35,400 bases of DNA from Candidatus Micrarchaeota archaeon. GTDB lineage: Archaea; Micrarchaeota; Micrarchaeia; Anstonellales; Bilamarchaeaceae. Positions 29,301-35,400 of the stretch are shown one piece after another. The position numbers were made by a program, and so were the translations under genes. The stretch lies in contig JAGVWJ010000003.1 in the NCBI GenBank assembly GCA_018304385.1, forward strand, positions 1-35,400, given 5' to 3'. The notes under the pieces were generated by a model. The model was not told the origin of the DNA, searched no databases, and was given only the letters and a program-made list of their open reading frames with translations. Position 1 is the first letter of the stretch. Every line of letters begins with the position of its first letter.

Positions 29301-29879
29301 TTATGTTTTCTTACTCTTTAAAAATTCTTTGCTATCAGCCAGTCCAACGCGCATAACTGGTTCCGTCGGTTTATCAACATCAACTCGCCAAACAACACCG
29401 CTTTCAGTGACAATTGTTAGGATATTTTCAGATACCATGGCAGCAATAATATTCCCGCTTTCAAGTGGCGCAATGCCCAAAACAACAACATTTTCCGGAC
29501 GGAAGCGATCGTTTGCATCTGGTAGCGCTCCGATCATTTCCATACCCGCAGTAATATCATCATAACCAAGCGAACGAATAATCTTATCCCCAGTTACAAT
29601 TATGGTTCTTCTTCTTTGACAGAACAATGCTATTGGCTTAAATTCGTTGACATCAAGTTTGATGCTGCTTCTTTGGCCAGCACGTTCATAAGATAATATA
29701 ATATCTCCATCATGATCTTCTAAAGCGCAGCGCGTTTCCTGTATTCTTGGCTTTTCTATATGCCTTTGAGGTACTGCACAAGAGAGTAGTGGAAGAATTA
29801 AGCTAATAGCTTTCAATAGGTTTGGGATTCTTACTGGAGGTTTAGAAGAAGAAATTCGGTTCAGCAACAACCCCTGCAT
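29301..29879 (-). CDS. Hypothetical protein, possibly a lipoprotein
   Basis: 192-aa ORF with a hydrophobic segment ending LLSC, followed by a beta-rich region. Confidence 0.5.
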   Translation of the reverse strand: MQGLLLNRISSSKPPVRIPNLLKAISLILPLLSCAVPQRHIEKPRIQETRCALEDHDGDIILSYERAGQRSSIKLDVNEFKPIALFCQRRRTIIVTGDKIIRSLGYDDITAGMEMIGALPDANDRFRPENVVVLGIAPLESGNIIAAMVSENILTIVTESGVVWRVDVDKPTEPVMRVGLADSKEFLKSKKT

Positions 29880-29903
29880 GTGACTATATATGGTAAGATA
29901 TAT

Positions 29904-30611
29904 TTATAAAGCAACCTCGGCCGCGATTTGGAGACATTCCTCTTTTGTTAATGTCCTTACCCTTCTGTTATCATTAATTCCATAATCCTTTAATGCATTT
30001 TTTACTGTTTTATTTTTGTGTTGGAATAAATTCCTGATTATATCCTCTTCAAACTTGCTTAATTTAACTCCAGTTGGTTTTATTCTTATCAATGCAGAAT
30101 CAACTTTTGGTATTGGTGAGAAAGACATCTTCTGAACAGTTCGTAAATACTCAACATTGAAGAATATCTGCGATGTAACGCTAAGTCTGCCATAATTTCT
30201 ATCATTTGGCTTTGCAACCATTTTTTCCGCGAATTCTCTCTGTACCATTAAAACTGCATGTTCGAATTTTAGGTCTTTTAATTTGAAAATTATTGGTGAT
30301 GAGATATAATATGGAATATTTCCTATTATTACATCAACTTCTGGAATTTCGTATTCTAGAAAATCCGCATTTACTATTTCAATTCTATAATCACTTGAGA
30401 ATTTTTCTTTTAACAATTCAACAAAGCGTGTATCCTTTTCAATTGCTATTAACTTTTTAGGATTACAATCTAATATCCTTTGTGTTAATCTCCCGTCTCC
30501 TGGCCCTATCTCCAGAACAGTTTTTCCCTCAACCTGTGCTAACCTTACTTCATTTTCCAGTATTTTTGGGTTATTGAGAAAAACCTGGCCCAATTTCTTA
30601 AACTTCCTCAT
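29904..30611 (-). CDS. rsmA: 16S rRNA m6,2A dimethyltransferase KsgA/Dim1
   Basis: KKLGQVFL, VLEIGPGDG, GNIPYYISSPI, YGRLSV and FSPIPKVDSA. Confidence 0.96.
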   Translation of the reverse strand: MRKFKKLGQVFLNNPKILENEVRLAQVEGKTVLEIGPGDGRLTQRILDCNPKKLIAIEKDTRFVELLKEKFSSDYRIEIVNADFLEYEIPEVDVIIGNIPYYISSPIIFKLKDLKFEHAVLMVQREFAEKMVAKPNDRNYGRLSVTSQIFFNVEYLRTVQKMSFSPIPKVDSALIRIKPTGVKLSKFEEDIIRNLFQHKNKTVKNALKDYGINDNRRVRTLTKEECLQIAAEVAL

Positions 30612-30843
30612 GTTTTTTACCCTCAATAATCAGTATTCCATCTATTATTCCAAATGCATAATTCGCTGCCCCAAATGCTGAATAATAATCTTTTTTATTA
30701 TAGAAATGTTCAGCATCATGCAAATAATTCTCTACCCATTGCAGTATTTGAGGATATTTCTCATGCAATGCTAGTTTTTTGAATTCCGCAAGTATTTTTC
30801 TTAGTTTATCTATGTCAACTTTTGCGCGTTTTGTTTCTTCCAT
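30598..30843 (-). CDS. DUF357 domain protein
   Basis: NYLHDAEHFYNKKDYYSAFGAANYAFGIIDG. Confidence 0.85.
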   Translation of the reverse strand: MEETKRAKVDIDKLRKILAEFKKLALHEKYPQILQWVENYLHDAEHFYNKKDYYSAFGAANYAFGIIDGILIIEGKKHEEV

Positions 30844-30920
30844 ATTATATTTTTTAATCAAAACCAATTTAAGTACTATCGCAGCCATGTTTTTAAACTT
30901 TATTACACACAGCTACTATA

Positions 30921-31493
30921 ATGGGTGGATTTACTAGCAGCGGTCTTAGACTAAGAGCTGACGAAAGAGAACGAACTACTAGAAGAAATGGCGTAGTACA
31001 TTATGATGTTGCTACTGAAGATATTAGAAGACATTGGGACGAGAAGGTGGTTGACATATCCTTTAGATCTGACGGAGATTATCTTCTAATAAAAACCCCG
31101 TTTACGGATATTGATTATAGATTAAAAAAGATATTTAGTAGTCTAGAGTTAGATGCCATTCTAAATGCATTAGAATATTTACGTTCTTCAAGTTTACTAG
31201 CTGAAACAATGGTCCCAATAAGAAGAGAAGGTAATGGCCAAAATGGCATCCTTAAGAGAAAAGGTTCATGCCTCCTTTGTAGGAGAAACAGAATGCTTAG
31301 TTCCCATCACATTATTCCAAAATCACTAGGTGGTATTGATGGAAATGGCAATATCGCAACATTATGCAGGCCCTGCCATGATTTTGTTGAAGATGTCATT
31401 AGAGCTATGGAGCAAAGAACTTTAGCAGAGCGCATTCCTTTGTTTTATTTGGATTACCTTGGTGTTATTGTGGCTGCGAAAATTAGGTTATAG
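30921..31493 (+). CDS. HNH endonuclease domain protein
   Basis: CLLC..HHIIPKSLGG..NIATLCRPCH. Confidence 0.85.
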   Translation: MGGFTSSGLRLRADERERTTRRNGVVHYDVATEDIRRHWDEKVVDISFRSDGDYLLIKTPFTDIDYRLKKIFSSLELDAILNALEYLRSSSLLAETMVPIRREGNGQNGILKRKGSCLLCRRNRMLSSHHIIPKSLGGIDGNGNIATLCRPCHDFVEDVIRAMEQRTLAERIPLFYLDYLGVIVAAKIRL

Positions 31494-31519
31494 ACCATAG
31501 TTCCTTAAGAGTTTCGAGT

Positions 31520-32203
31520 TCAAAGCGCACCATTTATCTTTCTAGCAAGTGTTTTTAGTGCTTCCCTATATTTTTCTATTTTTGATTCATCTGAAGAGTC
31601 TGTTAGATAATATGTTATCACCACTATGTTGCTCCTCCGAAATATTAATTGCCCCATACGAAGAATAGCATAGCGACCGTTTTCATTTAATATATCTTCG
31701 TCACCTATATTCAATTTATTGATTTCCTTAGTACCAACAGCAGAAAATTCCAGGGGTGCTTCACTGAATAATCGAAGAGCATTATCTTCGTCCCGCATAT
31801 TAACTATCATCACAGAGAAGGATAATGTATATTTTGGATCTCGATCATTAGTAATTACGTGGGCACAGTTAACAATACTATTATTGAAATCGTTAAGAAG
31901 ATAAAGTTCATCTATACAATCTTCAGTTGAATTGAATTTTTCATAATTAAATTCGGATAGGTGATAATTTCTGAAGCTTTGCTCACTGGGCAATAAATCT
32001 TCAATTACAGTAATATTAATTATGTGTCCAGTCCTCTTCCTTTCAGTTTCCAATTTTTTTGTGTCAGGAGTTTTACCAGTTATTTCTTGAGTTTCCTTTG
32101 TTTCCTGTGTTTTAGAAGAAGGTTGTTCATTCTGATTAGAACTACATCCAGCTGCAAAAAGTATAATTACTAATAAGATTATGAAATTGATCTTCGACAC
32201 CAT
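31520..32203 (-). CDS. Hypothetical lipoprotein/secreted protein
   Basis: Signal peptide ending FAAGC, then a low-complexity linker and an alpha/beta domain. Confidence 0.6.
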   Translation of the reverse strand: MVSKINFIILLVIILFAAGCSSNQNEQPSSKTQETKETQEITGKTPDTKKLETERKRTGHIINITVIEDLLPSEQSFRNYHLSEFNYEKFNSTEDCIDELYLLNDFNNSIVNCAHVITNDRDPKYTLSFSVMIVNMRDEDNALRLFSEAPLEFSAVGTKEINKLNIGDEDILNENGRYAILRMGQLIFRRSNIVVITYYLTDSSDESKIEKYREALKTLARKINGAL

Positions 32204-32310
32204 AAAGATATCTATCAATCTAACTTTAAAAATATTTCTAGTAGCAGAGAATCATAAAATAAGAATTCTAAACCAAAATCGAGAACCCGAAACGATCATT
32301 GATTAGATAA

Positions 32311-32427
32311 GTGCCAGCAGCAGTGCGCTTTCGCAGTCATAGACCACTACAAGCAACACCGTGAAGGGTCTTAACTTCTGAGTTCGATACGGGATCAGGT
32401 GTAACCCCCTTCCTATGGCCGCTGAAC
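32311..32427 (-). rRNA. rrf: 5S rRNA (stand-alone)
   Basis: The minus strand reads UCAGCGGCCAUAG..ACACCUGAUCCCGUAUCGAACUCAGAAGUUAAG..GCUGCUGG. Helix I and the conserved loop C (CCCG..UCGAAC) are present. Confidence 0.95.
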
Positions 32428-32459
32428 AACATATATTATTAAGAATCTGTTTTTAAATG

Positions 32460-32975
32460 TTATTGATTGGTCAAAAGCGGAACTATTCTATAGCCAAGTT
32501 TCGAAAGAATAGTGAGCTTTCTATCATCTATAGTTCCAAACTTTGTTCTTATCCTTATCGAGTAAATACAGCTATCAGTTGTTTGTAAATGCAGCGAGGC
32601 CCTTCTACCTACCAAATCAGGAAGTGTATACATATAATTAGCAGTTCCACTTAATGGCTCACCAATCTTTTCTTTTTGATTCCATGTTATAGTCTTCTCT
32701 TTTTTAAACTCGCTCCATTTTTTCTGTACACATGGTTTTAGATCTATAAAAATACTAACAGTTTCTACTTCTTTTTCACTATCAACTCCATCTAGTGAGC
32801 ACATATATTCATTACTCCACTCAGATATCGAAAATTTATATCCTAGTGTCTGTTCAGTTACATTCAAAATCGCTTCGCATTTTTTTAATAGGTTGATTTC
32901 TCTTGCAGGTTGCTTTTCCGTGCAACCAGATATAAAGAGTATCGCAATCAAAATAAAAACCACAAACAATCGCAT
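32460..32975 (-). CDS. Hypothetical lipoprotein/secreted protein
   Basis: Signal peptide ending FISGC, with several Cys in the mature part. Confidence 0.6.
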   Translation of the reverse strand: MRLFVVFILIAILFISGCTEKQPAREINLLKKCEAILNVTEQTLGYKFSISEWSNEYMCSLDGVDSEKEVETVSIFIDLKPCVQKKWSEFKKEKTITWNQKEKIGEPLSGTANYMYTLPDLVGRRASLHLQTTDSCIYSIRIRTKFGTIDDRKLTILSKLGYRIVPLLTNQ

Positions 32976-33055
32976 AATTTTTATTCATTTTAAAGATTTT
33001 TAAATACATAACCCTCGATTTGCGCTTTAAAAATATTTGTTAACTAAATAGTTTC

Positions 33056-34621
33056 ATGACTTCTGAGCATAAACACTGGAGCGAACAGCTTGCAGACCGC
33101 GTAATTAGCGAGAAGAAGGAACCGTATTCTGTTACATCTGGCATGACAACGAGCGGACCTGCGCATTTTGGCACTATTTGCGAGTTTTTATTTCCATTTA
33201 CTATAAGCAAGATGCTTGAAGCAAGAGGCAAGAATGTTACATTCTATTTGGTCGGTGATATCCTAGATGCATTTGACAGAATCCCTATTCCAATGGAAAA
33301 ATATAAAGAGCAACTAGAACCGCACTTGGGCAAGCCGCTTTGTGATGTTCCTGATCCAACTGGCAAAAGCAAAAGTTTTGGCGATTATTTCTTAGATGAG
33401 GTGCGCGAGCTAATGAAAAAGCTCAATGTAAAATGCAATATTCTATGTGCAAACGATATGTATGCTGCAGGTCAGTTCGATGAATGGGCAAAATTCTATT
33501 TAAAAAATGAAGAAAAGGCAAAAGAGCTTGTTGAGCGAACTAGCGGAAGGCAATTACCAAAGGATTTTTCAGTAATAATGCCAATTTGCGAAAAATGCGG
33601 CAAAATCGCGACTACGCGAGTAACAAAACATGATGTTGATTCTTATGAATATGCATGCGACAAAGATGCGAAATATACAAAAGGCTGCGGCTATATTGGT
33701 AAGGCCAAAATAAGCGATCACAAGTATAAAATACTATGGCGATTGCACTGGCCAGCTTGGAAGCAGATACTGAAAACAAGCATAGAAGGTGCTGGCGTTG
33801 ATCATCATACTCAAGGCGGAAGCGAGGATACTTGTAAAGCTATTACGCTAGAATTAATGAAAAAAGATTATCATATTCCTTATCGCTATGGGTTTATTCT
33901 ACTGGAAGGAAAAAAATATTCAAAAAGCAAAGGATTAGGTATTGGTGTTAGCGAATTGCTTTCTTTGATACCACCAGAGATTCTAAAATATCTGCTCTTG
34001 CGTCCTGATTTAGAAGAAAATATCGATATTAACCCAACTCCAGAAAATCTATTGCGTGCTTATGAAGAATTTCAACAGGCAGGCGAGCTAGCAAAGAAAA
34101 ACATTGATGAGCTGAACCGTGCTGATAGAAAGAAAGCACTAGCATTTACGCTTTCAACAGATAAGATGAATCGATCAGCAGTAGGCGATCAAATATCTCG
34201 AAATCATGATTTCTCGATGCACTGGCAAGCAGCATTTCTAGATGTTCTTCTATACTATCAGGTCTATTATGACTGGAAAAAGGTAGGAGAGGCGCTTAAC
34301 GATAGCAATGGAGTAGAATATCTTAAACCCTATGTAGAAGAGTGGCTAAAGCGTTCGTTCGTTCCAGAAGATTATAACTTCAAATATCAGCCTAAGAAGG
34401 CAGAAGGAAAGGTGCATGATTTCATTTCACAGTTAAATGAAAAAATGGATGCGCTCGCTATTCATAATGCTGTTTTCGAGTTTGCAAAATCAAATGGTAT
34501 TGAGCCAAAAGAATTTTTCAAGCAACTCTATCAAACATTAATCGGAAAAGATCGTGGTCCACGATTAGGTAAGTTGATTTTTGCGCTAGGTGTTGAGAGA
34601 TTAAAGAAGGATTTGTTATAG
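33056..34621 (+). CDS. lysS: Class I lysyl-tRNA synthetase
   Basis: SGMTTSGPAHFG (HIGH-like), WRLHWPAWK, KYSKSKG (KMSKS-like) and GKDRGPRLG. Confidence 0.96.
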   Translation: MTSEHKHWSEQLADRVISEKKEPYSVTSGMTTSGPAHFGTICEFLFPFTISKMLEARGKNVTFYLVGDILDAFDRIPIPMEKYKEQLEPHLGKPLCDVPDPTGKSKSFGDYFLDEVRELMKKLNVKCNILCANDMYAAGQFDEWAKFYLKNEEKAKELVERTSGRQLPKDFSVIMPICEKCGKIATTRVTKHDVDSYEYACDKDAKYTKGCGYIGKAKISDHKYKILWRLHWPAWKQILKTSIEGAGVDHHTQGGSEDTCKAITLELMKKDYHIPYRYGFILLEGKKYSKSKGLGIGVSELLSLIPPEILKYLLLRPDLEENIDINPTPENLLRAYEEFQQAGELAKKNIDELNRADRKKALAFTLSTDKMNRSAVGDQISRNHDFSMHWQAAFLDVLLYYQVYYDWKKVGEALNDSNGVEYLKPYVEEWLKRSFVPEDYNFKYQPKKAEGKVHDFISQLNEKMDALAIHNAVFEFAKSNGIEPKEFFKQLYQTLIGKDRGPRLGKLIFALGVERLKKDLL

Positions 34622-34657
34622 TTTTTTAAATATTTGCATGCACATATTACAAATACA

Positions 34658-34680
34658 GTGTTCCAATAAACTTGGAACAC
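34658..34680. promoter_or_regulatory. 9-bp perfect inverted repeat; putative antitoxin operator
   Basis: GTGTTCCAA-TAAAC-TTGGAACAC upstream of the RHH gene. Confidence 0.6.
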
Positions 34681-34717
34681 GTTATACCCAACTTTTCAGT
34701 TGGTCATAGGTGATAGC

Positions 34718-34939
34718 ATGGCGAATATGACATTAGCGATACCAGAAGGGCTTTACAAAGAGATGCAACAACACCCAGAATTCAAATGGAGTGAAATTGC
34801 TAGAGAAGCCTTTGAAAAGAAAATCAAGGAACTGCATTGGATTGATCACATATTAAGAAACAGTGAACTAACTGAGCAAGATGCAGAAAAGATCGGACAT
34901 AAAATTAAGAATGAAATGGCAAAGAGGTTTCTGAAGTGA
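34718..34939 (+). CDS. RHH/CopG-like antitoxin (VapB-like)
   Basis: NMTLAIP..EFKWSEIAREA; GGTGA SD; GTGA overlap with the PIN gene. Confidence 0.8.
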   Translation: MANMTLAIPEGLYKEMQQHPEFKWSEIAREAFEKKIKELHWIDHILRNSELTEQDAEKIGHKIKNEMAKRFLK

Positions 34940-35349
34940 AGCCAAAATTAATAGTAAACACTAATAGAATTATTGCAGCATTAATAAAAGATTCATTCTC
35001 TAGAAATTTATTATATCACTTAGAGGCGGATTTTCTTGGCGTAGGATTTAGTAAAAAAGAGGTTAATAAATATAAAGATTACATTATTAAAAAGGCAAAA
35101 ATAACAGAACAGGAGTTTGAGAATTTATTAGAAAAAATATGCAGTAGAATTATTTTTATAGATGAAGAACTACTGAAACTATATAGAGAAGAAGCAAAAA
35201 ATATAATGCTGCATATCGATCCTGGTGACGTTGTTTTTATTGCTGCAGCATTGGCTGCTGGTGCTGATATTTGGAGCGATGATCCACACTTTACAAAACA
35301 AAAGAAAATAAAGGTTTGGAGAACAGCAGAACTATCGAATTTATTGTAA
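34936..35349 (+). CDS. PIN-domain toxin (VapC-like) with the first catalytic Asp replaced by Asn
   Basis: LIVNTNRII (normally DTN/DAN), DPGDVVFIA and IWSDDPHF. Confidence 0.82.
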   Translation: MKPKLIVNTNRIIAALIKDSFSRNLLYHLEADFLGVGFSKKEVNKYKDYIIKKAKITEQEFENLLEKICSRIIFIDEELLKLYREEAKNIMLHIDPGDVVFIAAALAAGADIWSDDPHFTKQKKIKVWRTAELSNLL

Positions 35350-35364
35350 TATGATTGCAGGATC

Positions 35365-35385
35365 AAAAACCCGCAGGTGGTTTTT
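35365..35385 (+). terminator. Stem-loop with T tract after the TA pair
   Basis: AAAAACC-CGCAGGT-GGTTTTT. Confidence 0.4.
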
Positions 35386-35400
35386 AATGACAGAAACTAT

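Noticed and set aside
30921-31493. HNH gene as a mobile intron/homing element or Cas9/IscB relative
   Set aside because: It is free-standing, does not interrupt a gene, and has no RuvC motifs or flanking repeats.
151-35366. Numerous short antisense or overlapping ORFs in the track (e.g. 5129-5365, 19177-19584, 25834-26094, 4545-4772)
   Set aside because: They are shadows of well-supported genes on the other strand or frame and show no motifs.
35365-35385. IS200/IS605 end hairpin
   Set aside because: No transposase is visible and the window ends here. The T tract fits a terminator equally well.
1-35400. DGR template repeat or reverse transcriptase
   Set aside because: I found by eye no second copy of 25858-25950, no AAC-rich repeat and no ORF with RT (YxDD) motifs. 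A proper alignment is still needed.

Overview
This AT-rich archaeal window has Hef, fibrillarin, class I LysRS, DUF357, archaeal TATA boxes and GGTGA/GGTGG Shine-Dalgarno sites. The gene style suggests a DPANN lineage, probably Micrarchaeota (inference). The housekeeping backbone is Hef helicase, SerA-like dehydrogenase, fibrillarin, geranylgeranyl reductase, class V aminotransferase, grpE-dnaK...dnaJ, KsgA, a stand-alone 5S rRNA and LysRS. It is interleaved with three PIN-type toxin-antitoxin pairs, surface proteins and orphan genes. The main observations are: (1) a probable remote DGR target gene (25153-26148) with no RT or TR in the window; (2) directly after its variable region, a ~160-nt closed array of six triloop hairpins, four with cGNAg loops; (3) part of that array recurs inverted as a 51-nt in-frame insertion in lysS, and a similar hairpin insert lies in the SerA-like gene, suggesting a palindromic element that colonises coding sequences; (4) degenerate heptamer arrays at gene 3' ends; (5) a ~1240-aa gene broken by 7- and 8-bp tandem duplications; (6) a caspase-fold (His-Cys) orphan protease; (7) a shared 'KK..FLED-TM' C-terminal module on two surface proteins. 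Most other ORFs in the supplied track are antisense shadows.
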